A DNA stretch of 64,000 bases from Chiloscyllium plagiosum (lineage: Eukaryota): NCBI RefSeq assembly GCF_004010195.1, contig NC_057750.1, forward strand, positions 7,833,946 to 7,897,945, written 5' to 3'. The notes beneath the pieces are model-generated. The model saw only the letters and a program-made list of their open reading frames with translations. It had not been told where the DNA came from and ran no database searches. How positions within the stretch are numbered: the stretch's first letter is position 1; each line of letters starts with the position of its first letter. Below are positions 51,937-64,000 of the stretch, in pieces. A program made the translations under genes and the position numbers.

Positions 51937-52543
51937 TGTTATGGACCAAGCCTGACCCCTCTAAACATACTTAAGCAGGTAGCCCAGACCGTAACTTTGC
52001 TATTTGTTTTAGGTAAGTGCATAGTGGATATTAGCTGATCTGACTGCCAAGTTTTAAACAAACAGAATTTATTTACAAAATTACAGAATGAAACACAAAG
52101 AACAGAAAATAGAATACCGGATAACTTATCCTGTCCAAAATCCTGACAGACTATCCCGACATAATGATGCTGTTCCGAAAATACTTGCAACAATCCCAAA
52201 AATCACATCCCTTAGAAAAAGAGCAAAAATGAAACAAAAGCTTTAAGTTAGAGAGTACCTGGCTGGACTTACCCCAGCAGCCTTTCTTTACACACACTGC
52301 TGCTGAACTGAATCAAAAACTCTAATCTAAAGGAAGGCGAGCTACACAGCTAGCTGGCCGCTTCCCTTTGATTATACCGGGGTTTTTTTTAAGACAGGAA
52401 AGCCTTAGGGGTAAATAAAAAGGGCCCCAATAAACCTTTCAAACCCAGCCTACTTAGAGCCTGGCCAATTACCCTCCTACCCATCTCTGGGAAAAAAAAA
52501 CTTAAGGGCATAGTAACCTTGTAAAAAGACCAATGTTGTGACA
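51937..52543 (-). mobile_element. Probable solo LTR
   Basis: TGTTATGG...TTGTGACA termini. The left end is the reverse complement of a similar end at about 58380-58443 (gaggggtctggcctggtccataaca). Confidence 0.55.
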
Positions 52544-52756
52544 TGGGTAAATGTAAGTGATTCAGTCTCACTCTTTAAGAAGAGTTATCCCAGAATCCGA
52601 ACCGCTATTTATCCCATGAGAAATATCATTAAATGTCATTGAGGTGGTAGTGTAGTGGTAATGTCACCGATCTAGTAATCCAGATCCCAGGCTCATGGTC
52701 TGTGCAACGAGTTCATGTCCCACTGTGATTGAAAATGTGAATTCAGTTGGAATATG

Positions 52757-53300
52757 GTCATAGAGTCATAGTTATACAGCACAGAAACAGACCCTTCCAT
52801 CCAACCATAATCCCGAACTAAACTAGTTCCACCTGCCTGCACTTGGCCCATATCCCTCCAAACATTTCTTGCTCATGTACTTACACACCACTTCCTTTGG
52901 AAGTTCTTTCCACACACAAACCGCTCTGTGTGTAAAAAAAGTTGCCCCTCGTGTCTCCTCTCTCCTTAAACATATGTCCCCTAGTTGTGAACTCTCCTGC
53001 CATAGAAAAAGACACCTGCCATTCACCTTATCCATACCCCTCATGATTTTATAAACCTCTATAAAGTCACCCCTCAACCTCCTAAGCTGTAGGGAAAAAA
53101 AGTCCCAGCCTCTTCTTAGAACTCAAACTTTCCATTCCCAGCAACACCCTGGTAAATCTTTTCTGAGCCCTCTCCAGTTTAATAATATCCTTCCTGTAAC
53201 AGAGAGACCAAAACTGGACACAGTAATCCAGAAGAGGCCTCACCAATGTCCTGTACAACCTCAACATGATGCCCCAACTCATAAACTCAAAAGGTCTGAG
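52757..53300 (-). mobile_element. CR1 LINE 3' fragment
   Basis: LYRTLVRPLLDYCVQFWS and RGDFIEVYKIMRG. Confidence 0.8.
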
Positions 53301-53685
53301 CTCTAATAGTGACCACTGTCAATTATTGTCAAAAGCCATCTGGTTCACTAATGCCCTTTAGGGAGGAAATCTGATATTGCTACCCGGTCTGGCCTACATG
53401 TGATTCCAGTCCCACAGCAATGTGATTGACTCTTAGTTTTCCCCTGAGCAACTAGGGCAAGAAATGCCAGCCTGGCAAATGATACATTCCATCAACAAAC
53501 CAAAAAAAAACTGGTCATTATTACATTGCTGTCTGCAAGAGCTTGCTAAGAACATATTGGTTGCCATGTTTCCTACATTATAACAATGACCACACTTCAA
53601 AAGCTTTTTATTAGATGTAAAGCACTTTGGAATACGATTAGGTGAAAAGGAACTATATAAATGTAAGTTTTTGCTTCCAATTGTA

Positions 53686-56470
53686 ATTAGCACTCCTGCC
53701 TCACAGCACCAGGGACCAAGGTTCGATTCCTGCCTCGGGCAACTGTCTGTGTGGAATTTGCACATTCTCTCCGTGTCTGCATGGGTTTCTTCCGGGTGCT
53801 CCGGTTTCCTCCCACAGTCCAAAGATGTTCACGTTAGGGGAATTGGCCATGCTAAATTTCCAACAGTGTTCAGGGATGTGTAAGTTAGGTACATTAGTCA
53901 TGCGAAATGTAGAGTAATAGGGTAGGGGAATGGGTCGGGGTAAGACAGTCTCCGGAGGGTTGGTGTGGACTTGTTGGGCCGAAGGGCCTGTATCCACACT
54001 GCAGGGATGTGATGATTCTGTGAATTAAACATCAAAATTGAACTTGCAGCTGACAACCAGTAGAAGGGGTTTGCAGAGCGGATTAACTTGAAAACAACTT
54101 GTATTTACAAAGTGAGAAACAGAAAGGGCTAGGGAAAGTCTAGAGTCTGTGAAGGACTTTTCTTCGCTGTTCACTTGTGGAATGTGGCCATCGCTGGATC
54201 GGCGAAAATTTAATGCCGATCAGTAGTTGGCCTTGATAAGGTGGTGGTAAGCTGGCTACTTGAACTGCTGCAGTCCGCAGACAGCGACAGTGCCACTAGG
54301 GAGGGAGTTCCAGGATTTTGACACAGTGACAATGAAGGAACAGCGATATATTCCCAAGTCAGGATGGTGAGTGGCTTGGAGGGGAACTTGCAAGGGGGTA
54401 CATGTTCCCATGTACCTGCTGCCATTGTCCTTCTAGATGATCTTATGAAACAGACAGCAACAGGCAACTCATTGGAAAATATTTTATACTGACTTCTTAT
54501 AAGGAATCACAGCTAATTCGGGCAACCATCTTGTTCCAAGAAATAAGACAATTTGAAGACAACCCTCCACATGCCATTCGAAACATGTGTTTGGCAAACC
54601 CTTCCTGCAGCCCCACAGCACATTTTATGCCAGATGTCATAAACCTGGTGCTGGTAGGATTCAATATGGCAAAGGAAGGTCATCCCAAGACCAGGATGGC
54701 AGGGAGAAGGCGCTCAGATGGTTTGAAGGGTAGGATGTTCAACAACATAATCCTCCAGGCAACAGCCCCGCAACTCTTTCCATTAGATTAACTACAGTAT
54801 GAAAACAGACCCTTCAGCCCAACAAGTCCACACTGACCCTCCAAAGAGTAATGCACCCAGACGCATTCCCCCGTCTAATGCACCTAACACACTATGGGTA
54901 ATTTAGCATGGCCAGTTCTCCTGACCTGCACATCTTTGGACTGTGGGAGGAAACCAGAGCACCCGGAAGAAACCCATGCAGACACAGGGAGAATGCGCAA
55001 ACTTCACACAGACAGTCGCCCGAGGCAGGAATCAAACCCCGGTCCCTGGTGCTTTTTTTTTAGATAAGATTACTTACAGTGTGGAAACAGGCCCTTCGGC
55101 CCAACAAGTCCACACCGACTCACCGAAGCGCAACCCACTCATTCCCCTACATTTACCCCTTTACTTAACATTACGGGCAATTTAGTATGGCCAATTTACC
55201 TGACCTGCACATCTTTGGACTGTGGGAGGAAACCGGAGCACCCGGAGGAAACCCACGCAGACACAGGGAGAACATGCAAACTCCACACAGTCAGTCGCCT
55301 GAGGCGGGAATTGAACTCAGGTCTCTGGCGCTGTGAGGCAGCAGTGCTAACCACTGAGCCACTGTGCCACCTCAATAATAAATAAGACAGTTAATAGATA
55401 GTCAGATTGAGGTGGACATGACGCTTGAACCTCTGGCTTTTTATTATGAACCAAGATGGTGACGAGGGCAGCAGAGGTAGTCATAGAGATATACAGCACG
55501 GAAACAGACCCTTCGGTCCAACTCATCCATGCCGACCAGATATCTTAAATTAATCTAGTCCCATTTGCCAGTTCTTGGACCATATTCCAGTAAACCCTTC
55601 CTATTCATGTACCCAGACAGATGCCTTTTAAATGTTGTAATTATACCAGCCTCCACCACTTCCTCTGGCAGCTCATTCCATACACGCACCACCCTCTGCA
55701 TGAAAATGTTGCCCATTAGGTCTCTTTTAAATCTTTCCCCTCTCATGCCTAAACCTATGCCCTCTAGTTCTGGACTCTCCCACCCCAGGGAAAAGACCTT
55801 GTCTATTTACCCTATTCTACGCTCCTCATGATTTTATAAACCTCTATAAGGTCACCCCTCAGCCTCCGAAGCTGCAGGGAAAACAATTCCAGCCTATTCA
55901 ACTTCTCCCTGTAGCTCAAACCCTTCAACCCTGGCAACATCCTGGTAAATCTTCCAAGTTTCACAATATCCTTCCTACAGTTGGGAGACCAGAGTTGCAT
56001 TCAGTATTCCAAAAGTGGCCCAACCAATGTCCTGTACAGCTGCAACATGACCTCCCAACTCCTCAACCAAACCCTCCCCCAACACAAATGTGGCTAGGCC
56101 TAGCAACTGGTAATTATAGCAAAGTCACCACTGCCTGGATCTCATGCCTACTCCTAATGAACAATGAGGGAAATATTCAAAGGCGATTGAAAAGGGATTC
56201 CCCCCCTCGGGGAACTGTCTGTATGGAGTTTGCACAATCTCCCTGTGTCTGCGTGGGTTTCCTCCGGGTGCTCCGGTTTCCTCCCACAGTCCAACGATGA
56301 GCTGGTCAGGTGAATTGGCCATGCTAAACTGCCCATAGTGCTAGGTGCATTAGTCTGGGGTAAATATAGGGTAGGGGAAAGGGTTTGGATGGGTTACTCT
56401 TCAGAGGGTCGGTGTAGACCCGTTGGGCCGAAGGGCTTGTTTCCGTACGGTAGGGAATCTAACCAAATCG
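53686..56470. mobile_element. Four HE1-type SINE copies (53686-54020 +, 54783-55052 -, 55060-55370 -, 56208-56470 + partial)
   Basis: Same diagnostic motifs. The two minus-strand copies are adjacent or nested. Confidence 0.8.
55480..56063 (-). mobile_element. CR1 LINE 3' fragment (same family as 10-595)
   Basis: YREKLNRLELFSLQLRRLRGDLIEVYKIMR; VWNELPEEVVEAG. Confidence 0.85.
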
Positions 56471-56789
56471 AAAGTTGGGAACAGGAGAATGGGCTGAATC
56501 AGGAAGATATAGGAATAGGAAAGGACAGGCTGAATGTTCTTCCCTCACCCCAATATGTAGCTACAATCCAACCAGTCAGAAGAGCAAAATAGCACCCACC
56601 TTTCAAGTCCAGCACAAGACGTCTTTTCGGTATTGCAGCTATTCCAACAGTTCCCAGTCTTCCTGCTGAAGTTTCTGTTTCAAGCATCTAGTGAAAGATC
56701 TCAGTGTCGCTCTGTTGATCACAGCATGAAGTCTAACCTTGTGTCTGGTCTGTTCCCAGCCTCTCCATTATAAAACTAAGTTTGACAAC

Positions 56790-56824
56790 CACCTGATGAA
56801 GGAGCAGTGCTCCGAAAGCTAGTG
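56790..56824 (+). ncRNA. Minimal type I hammerhead ribozyme motif at the end of a Penelope-type terminal repeat
   Basis: CAC-CTGATGA-A-GGAGC(AGT)GCTCC-GAAA-GCT-A-GTG. Helix I CAC/GTG, 5-bp helix II, loopless palindromic helix III (AGCT), predicted cleavage after CUA at 56821. AATAAA follows at 56831. Confidence 0.75.
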
Positions 56825-57367
56825 CTTCCAAATAAAAATATTGGACTCTAATGTGGTGGTGTGATTTTTGAGTTTCAGAAGGTCAGACTAATGTGGAATT
56901 TGAACCAATGCCCCAGATTCTTAGCCTGAGCCTTTGGAGTACTAGTTCAGGGAGATTACCACTACACCATCAGCACTTCCAGTCAAACAAAGCACAGCTG
57001 ATGACTTTTATAACGAGCTGCTGTAATTTAGAGCTCATCTGAAAAAGTCAGTTTCTATTCTGAATCATAATTGGATTAACTCGTTTGGTCAGTTTTTAGT
57101 GTTAATTCCATCTCTACTACTATCCTATCTTTTAAAGAAAATAAACGACAGTATTTTTCCATTTAATTTCACATGTGGAGATGATTTTATTGTCAACGTT
57201 ATTTTTAATGAAGTGGCCTGATAGCCCAAACAAACTTGAAGTTACTCCTCAACCCCACCCTGGCCTCTTGTCCACGTGTGTATTTGTGCAACAGAGGCAG
57301 GAGGTGGGGTCAGAAACAGCTCCCTAATTATGCATTACTTTGTACAATTTTGGTAACATTGAAAAAT

Positions 57368-57372
57368 CACAC

Positions 57373-57408
<36 letters not shown>

Positions 57409-57468
57409 TACAACAGAACTGATCTATCACAAAAGAGAGAGAGAGAGAGACACACACACACACACACA
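57368..57468. repeat. Compound (CA)n/(GA)n microsatellite
   Basis: Direct reading. Confidence 0.95.
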
Positions 57469-58097
57469 AACAATGTGCTCTCCTGAAATGTCACTCAAGT
57501 TTGGTAGCACTGACACGAGGGAGCATTGTGACCACAGAATGGAAATTTAAAATGTACAGGCGTACAAGGAAAAGGAAATACATTTACACTTTTAAGAAAG
57601 CACAAAACACAAAAGCGCGCTGAATGTCGGTATTAGACCCAATCCAAAACCCTTGGTCCATATAATCTGAGGTTCTCAAGCCTTGGACACCATAAGAATT
57701 GCAGCTCCCATTGTAGCTTGAGTTCACACATGAATGCCAACACCAAAAAGATTGGGGAAGGGGTGGTACAATACTGGGAGGGGTGTGAGGGTAAAACACC
57801 TAAGTTCCCCAAAGATTTAGATGGGACAAGTGGACGAGAATGAAAATCAAAGGGTGAGATGCATCGTGAACCTATACCACACCAATGGCAATGATTACTT
57901 GCCACCTTGTCAAGGGCAAATGAAAGATGGGCATTGACTGTTGCCTTTGTCAGTAATGTCCAAGTCCCATGAAAGAATTTTTGAAACAGAAGTATGCTTC
58001 AGCTTGTAAGCCACCTTGTCAATATTTAAAGTCCACATAGTTCCTACCAGGCTTCATTAACAGGCCTGCCCTCACCTACACCCAGTTAACAATGTAT

Positions 58098-58244
58098 AAA
58101 AAACTGAAAGAAATGCAGATACTGGAAATCAGAAACAGAAATTGCTGGAAAAGCTCAGCAGATCTGCCAGCATCTGTGAAGAGAAATCAGAGTTAACGTT
58201 TCAGGTCCAGTGACCCTTCGAAGGAACTCTGAGGAAGGGTCACC
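58098..58244 (-). mobile_element. Penelope terminal-repeat fragment, second family, with the start of an inverted copy
   Basis: Minus strand GTT-CCTTCGA-A-GGGTC(ACTG)GACCT-GAAA-CGTT-AAC (58192-58227), then plus-strand ctgaggaagggtcac. Confidence 0.7.
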
Positions 58245-58443
58245 TCTGTTGGCTTTTTGGAGAGGTTACGTTTGTGTTTCATACAGTAACCTTGTAAATA
58301 AATTGTTTTCTTTAAAACTAAGTGGTTTGACCAGCTTATTCTCTCCTGAAATACCCACTTTACACCTGCATAAAACAACAGGAAAGTTAAAGTCCGGGCT
58401 ACTTTCTTAAAATATTTTGAGGGGTCTGGCCTGGTCCATAACA
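58245..58443 (+). mobile_element. 3' part of an LTR related to 51937-52543
   Basis: Contains AATAAA and ends ...ctggtccataACA. Confidence 0.5.
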
Positions 58444-58839
58444 CATCCTTATTACAGTTTGATCTACCATTTCTCATCATTCAAACATCTCTGAACTCTC
58501 CACCTTCCCTTTCCCTGCACCGACTGAAATCCAGTGAAAGGCTCCATCTCTGTGAGAATATCACTAAAGTGTCAACTTTAGCTTCCTTCCTACAGATTCT
58601 GGTGAGCATCTCCAGAATTGTGAATGTTTCTAACAAAGTGTTAGGAGCTGAGGAAGGAGAAGAAGGGGACATATCACAGGGCTCGAAGGCCAAATGCTCT
58701 GAGACATGTTTTCAAATCTCACCATGGAATTTAAAATTCCATTAGTAAATCTGGAATTGAAAGCTGTAGTCATGGTGATATGAAACTATCACCAATTGTT
58801 TTGTTTTTTGGGTTTTTCCAACAACAGTCTGCGAATGCT

Positions 58840-59035
58840 AGACATCGGAAATAAAAAACAAAATTGCTGGAAAAATTGTGGAGAGAGAAACAGAGTTTAA
58901 CATTTTAAGTCTGGTCTGCACTCGTCTTCCGAGTCATTCTGAAGATGGGTCACTGGATTCAGAATGTCAACTCAGTTTCTCTCTCCACAGATGCTGCCAG
59001 ACCAGCTAAGTTTCTCCACCAATTTCTGTTTCTGT
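58840..59035. mobile_element. Degenerate Penelope-derived fold-back element
   Basis: Left arm aaattgctggaaaa...gagagagaaacagag. Right arm ttctgaagatgggtcactggattc...ctctccacagatgctgccagacc. Confidence 0.6.
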
Positions 59036-59992
59036 CATCAAAACCCATCTGTCCTGTTGAGGAAGATAACCCGCTGTCCTGAACCTGGTCTGTCCTCCAA
59101 GTGACTCCAAATCTACTGAATGAAGCTGTCTGCTCTTAACCGTCCCCCTGAAATGGCCAACAAGACACCCAGTTCAAAGACACTTTGAGATGGGCAACAG
59201 TTATTGGGCTTACCAGTGATACCTATAACATGAAAAATAAATTAGAAAAACACCAAGTCTTTAAAAAATATTGTGCTTTCAATGCCAAGCATTGCATCGA
59301 AAAAAATTGAACTTTCATTGTAAAGTGATATCCGGATATACAGTAGGACCTCTGCAAACCCATCACTGCACAGTGATCCCAAAAGCTTATTTGCACTTTA
59401 TTGTATGGAGGGTCACTGGCACCTATTTATTGCACATCCCTCCATTGCCCTTGAGAAGCCATTGGTGGGCATCTTGTTGAATATAACTTGGTGGCTTTCT
59501 GGGTCATTTAAGAGAGCAACTGGAAAGGAGTCCACGTGACTGCAAAGGGCCTGGATTCACCGGTGAGGACTGGTCAAATTTCCTTTCCTCAAGACCATGA
59601 GTGGTGGTCTTCTTGCCACGCCAGTCCTTTTAGGGTCTCCACACTGACCTGCTAATTCCAGTTTTACCAAATAAATTTAAACCCCTTAGTCAACGAGGTG
59701 GGATTTGAACTCATCGTTAGCCAGGCCTCAGTCTCACTAGGTCTGTAGCAAACCACTGTGCTATTGCATACCTTAAAATAACTTTGTCAGAGGCTTCTTG
59801 TAGACTGCGGTTATGGATACAGTAGGGACTCTTGTGCCACATACTGAAGCTTGAGGGTTCAACAGCGACTTGCAAATTTAGCATTTCCCTTGCATCACTG
59901 TCAGTGATGGTGAGGAACTATGTGGCTGCAATTGAAAGCACTGCAATCTAGCGTGAAGGACCTATTATTCATTTTTAGTGCCATTATGATTA

Positions 59993-60681
59993 GTAGTATT
60001 GTACCCTAGTGTTATAATAATGGATCTATGTCCTAGTGTAATGGTGAGACTTCCATTCACCAATACTGTCCCGTGTTAAACAATGACAGATCTACAGGTA
60101 GCAATACTGTACCCCAGTGTTATACAGTAACAGACCTGTCCCCACCAATACTGTACCTCAGTGTTATACAGAGACAGACCTGTTCCCACTAGTACTATAT
60201 CCCAATGTTTTACAGTGACAGACCTATCCCCACCAGTACTGTACCTCAGTGTTACACAGCGACAGACCTGTCCCCACCAGTACTGTACCCCAGTGTTATA
60301 CAGTGACAGACCTGTCCCCACCAGTATTGTATGCCAGTGTTATACAGCGACAGACCTGTCCCCACCAGTACTGTACCCCAGTGTTACACAGCGACAGACC
60401 TGTCCCCATCAGTACTGTATCCCAGTGTTACACAGAGACAGACCTGTCCCCACCAGTACTGTATGCCAGTATTATACAGAGACAGACCTGTCCCCACCAG
60501 TACTGTATGCCAGTATTACACAGCAACAGACCTGTCTCCACCAGTACTGTACCCCAGTGTTACACAGCGACAGACCTGTCCCCACCAGTACTGTACCCCG
60601 TGTTACACAGCGACAGACCTGTCCCCACCAGTACCGTACCCCAGTGTTACACAGCGACCAACCTGTCCCCACCAGTACTGC
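59993..60681. repeat. 44-bp minisatellite, about 13 well-conserved copies plus degenerate left flank
   Basis: Unit CCCAGTGTTACACAGCGACAGACCTGTCCCCACCAGTACTGTAC. The ORF translations repeat every 44 aa, equal to 3 units. Confidence 0.95.
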
Positions 60682-61919
60682 ATCTGCCAGAACCTGCACA
60701 CATTTTCTCAGGAGGTTACAATGTTGCATTGCAGCTACATCACTGATAGACTGCGTTGCAATGTTGTAACCTCCTGATGAAGACTTCAAATGAAGACGTC
60801 ATTTTGCACATGCACAATTTAAAACATCACACTTTTCCATCAAAAAAAACAAAAATACTGTTGATGCTGTAAATCCAAAACAAGAGCCGGAAATGCTGAA
60901 CCAGTCATGCACCATCTGGCAAAGAGAGAAATTGAATTCCTATTTCATGCCCAGTTCTGATTAAAACGGTTGAAGATCTGAAATGTGTCACCGTTTTCCT
61001 CTCTGCACAGATGCTATCGGTTTGTTAAATCCTTGCTGCATTCCCACTGTGGCTAATGTATGCTCAGAACAATGCATGGTACTTCAGGTGTGGTCTAACT
61101 AGGGTTTGGTACAGCTGAAATTTAACATCTACCTTCCTGTATTGGAGATATCAAGATCAGCATTTCTTTAGCCTTTATGATTTTTGAGCTGTCTAACAAC
61201 GATTGGTCCAATAATTTAGCTAAAACCGCTAATCAATAGCTTTAACCTTAATTTTTGCTTCAAGCCAGTTAAACGAATTTCGAATATATACATATATATT
61301 ACCAAGCTGCCCCTCCAACAGACAACTTTCAGATTTGCTCATGTTCGACAACGTAAGTTGTATTCCTTTAAGTATATGTTTATCTTTGTACTGTGCTGGT
61401 TCAACTTAGAACCGACTTAAAACATTTGAAGATTCCTTCCCAGTTTCCTAAATACTGGTGGGAAATTCCCAGGATCGGGGGGATGAGGGGAATCAGTTGG
61501 TGGTAAAACCGAAGGAAGCTCAAGTCCCAGTGAGAAGCTGATCAGCAGCTGGAACAGGTATGAGGACCAGAGACTGAGTAACCCGAAGAGGTGTCCCTTG
61601 CCTTTCAGGCTTTTGGTGAATCAGTCTGGATCTCCCAGTTGGTGGGGTCCTTCCCCCATCCCTGGACCCCTTGAACCTACCCCCTACCCAATCTACAGCT
61701 CACTCCACAGATCTGTATTCGTCAGAATGAAATCCAATGCACGCATAGAATCACTCCCCTTTATCACACACCCAATCCAGCCAAAGCCTTTGGCTAAAAT
61801 TATGCCCTGAATCCCACGTTGCTAACTTCCTGTAGATCTTGTCACATGATCTATTTCTCCTTCGCACCCTGCCCCCCCAGCAAACCATCTCCAATTCCTT
61901 AAACTTCATGGCAAATGGG

Positions 61920-62240
61920 GAGGTGATGGGCTGGTGGTATTATCGCTAGACTATTAATCCCGGTAATGTTCTGAGGACCTGGGTTCAAATCCCACCAGGG
62001 CAGATATTGGAACTTGAATTCAGTGAAAATCCAGAATTAAGAGTCTAACAATGACTATGAATCCATGGTCAGGGAAAGACCCGCCTAGTTCACTAATGGT
62101 CTTTAGGGAAGGAAACTGCCATCCTGGTCTGGTATACATGTTACTCCAGATCCACAGCCAATAGAGTTAACTGTTAAACTACCCTCTGGGCAATAAATAG
62201 TGTCCTGTCCAGTGATGGCCTCATCCCGTAAATGAACAAG
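61920..62240 (+). mobile_element. Second tRNA-derived SINE family (pieces also near 7200-7490, 41620-41870, 52640-52750, 53300-53490)
   Basis: ggtggtattatcgctagac...gggttcaaatccc head and shared body gttcactaatg..ctttagggaaggaaa.tgcc...ctccaga.ccacagc. Confidence 0.6.
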
Positions 62241-64000
62241 AAGAACCCACTGTTAGTTTTAAATGCCCCTCACTATGAGTTTTCCAATGGGTTTTACCCC
62301 GCAGCAGTGCCCAGAAGATTAACATCAATACTCGGGAAATTCCAGGGCAATTCTGGAGAGTTGGCATTCGAACCTAAATGCCAAGGAGCTCACGAAACAA
62401 AATAACTAATGACATTTCCCTGAAAGTGCACATGCACAAGATTAAGAGAGAGCTCCAATTGCCAGTTCAATCTGTTCAAGTAAGGGTGAGTGTCCCATAT
62501 ATTAAGATTTAATTTTTACTTTTTTGAAACAAAAGAAAACTTTCAGAAAATACCATCAACAAACGGCCAAAATCTATTCAACAACTTGTCTTCAAGTTTA
62601 CATTGTCCCCCTCCAGCCTCCATCCCGTGGTCAATGTAGTGTGCTCCACACCTCTCGATGTCTCTACAATTGTAATTGATTTCTCATGGAGAGTGCTTGC
62701 TCTGACTCGACTCCAAATGGACCTGACGTTCCAGGTTTAGCCTTCAGTCCTCTCCAGCCCAGAGCAAAACAAAAGAAGCAAGACCCTAAACCCAGGAAAA
62801 GAAAGAACGTGCAATGATATAGCGCCTCTCACATCCTCGGGGTGTCCCAAAGAGTGTTGCACAGCCAATGAAGGGCTTTTCAAGTGTCGCTCCCTGTAGT
62901 AAATGCAGCAGCCAATTTACGCAAACATCCAACAAACATCAGTATGGTAAATGAACAGAACATCTGTATCTCTTTTGTTTAAGATGTCAGTGGAAGAATA
63001 AATATTAGCCCGGTCATTCCCTACCCTAGTTTTTCTTTGGAGTCATGACTTGGAATCTTCCATTCCCACCTGACTTGGGTGGAGGGTGGGGTTTAAACAC
63101 TTGCAATGGGGGTGAGGGGGAAGGAAAATAAAGATACCTTGTGAAGCGCGGCAACCTCCTTCCCCCAAAGTCTTGGCACTGGGGTGTTGACCTGTACGTT
63201 GCTCCCAAGTGACTGAACCTACATCCTCCCAGCTCGTGGTGTTCAGCTGTACCATGGTTAAAGATGTTCGTGTACAGAAACCCACCCGCATGCCAGAGGG
63301 AGTCACTACAGAAGATGCTGATACCAAGGCGTTGTATAAAAGCAAGTGCGTTTTTCATTTTCCTCCCTTGCGCACACCTCCCCCCGACAAGCAAAACAAA
63401 ACCATGTCAGAGGAAGATGGGGCATATACCCTGGCACCCAAGCCCTCCTTGCCCTAACAACTATGAGGGGGGCACAGACTTGTAACACACAAAAAAACCA
63501 AATAATGGTAAACCACAGCACAGCTGCAGCATCGCAGACAAAGAGAGGAACTGCTGGAAGTGGTGTAAAACCAAGACATAAATGGCACTGCTGCCACAGG
63601 CGGTGTCAATATACAGCGGGCCCATGAGCCACTCTTAAAACACTGTTGGTTTCTCGATTTTTTTTGCTTTGGAGACAAAGGTCAAAACTAGTCCAAAAAT
63701 AGTCCAAGGAGGCTTTTCTCAGAATCACTAGCAGCTGATTGGTGAAACATTGGAACCCCTAAACCACCAGTCCTCAGGCTCGTATCCTTCTAGGCCCCGA
63801 GGGCAGGTAGGTGGCGTAGAGGTGGGGGGAGCGTGGTGAAGGGGAAAATAATGCCTCGTGTGGTCATGGACTTCTCAAAAGCAAAAGGAAACCTCATGTC
63901 ACCCCAATCACACTCTTCAAATTTCATCATGTTTTGCAGGAGAGGGAAAGGGGCTAGAGGTTGGAGAGTTTTTCTGATTTTCTGAACAGGTGTGTTAGGA

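Noticed and set aside
60735..60760. Minus-strand ...LSVM* resembling the SLC1A5 C-terminus (the human neighbour of FKRP)
   Set aside because: An in-frame stop lies 17 codons upstream and there is no further similarity.
60076..60789. Long repetitive ORFs, or a CRISPR-like array
   Set aside because: These are by-products of a stop-free 44-bp tandem repeat. There are no unique spacers, and the context is eukaryotic.
252..63678. Remaining short ORFs in the track
   Set aside because: They are SINE/LINE-derived or random frames without recognisable domains or splice support.
62400..64000. Possible 3'UTR of a downstream minus-strand gene
   Set aside because: Largely non-repetitive and plausible by synteny, but no coding exon or clear polyA evidence is visible in the window.

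Overview
Eukaryotic (vertebrate) genomic DNA. The repeat content (HE1-type V-SINEs, CR1-clade LINEs, Penelope-like elements) points to a cartilaginous fish, probably a shark. The window holds the first four coding exons of striatin-4 (STRN4, minus strand, gene continues past position 1) and the complete single coding exon of FKRP (plus strand, 37958-39463). The two genes are head-to-head around a CpG-rich promoter at about 22.6-23.2 kb, the same neighbourhood as in human. A paired YY1-like motif and a plus-strand splice donor inside STRN4 intron 1 suggest FKRP's non-coding first exon overlaps STRN4 in antisense. Most of the remaining sequence is transposon debris. The most interesting non-genic signal is a set of short Penelope-derived fold-back insertions with 14-17 bp target-site duplications that carry minimal hammerhead-ribozyme motifs. 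One motif is structurally intact (56790-56824), and one lies in sense orientation about 500 nt after the FKRP stop. There are also near-perfect local templated inversions, a 44-bp minisatellite and a pre-miRNA-like hairpin. All calls come from reading the sequence by eye, and repeat boundaries are approximate unless TSDs or TIRs are given.
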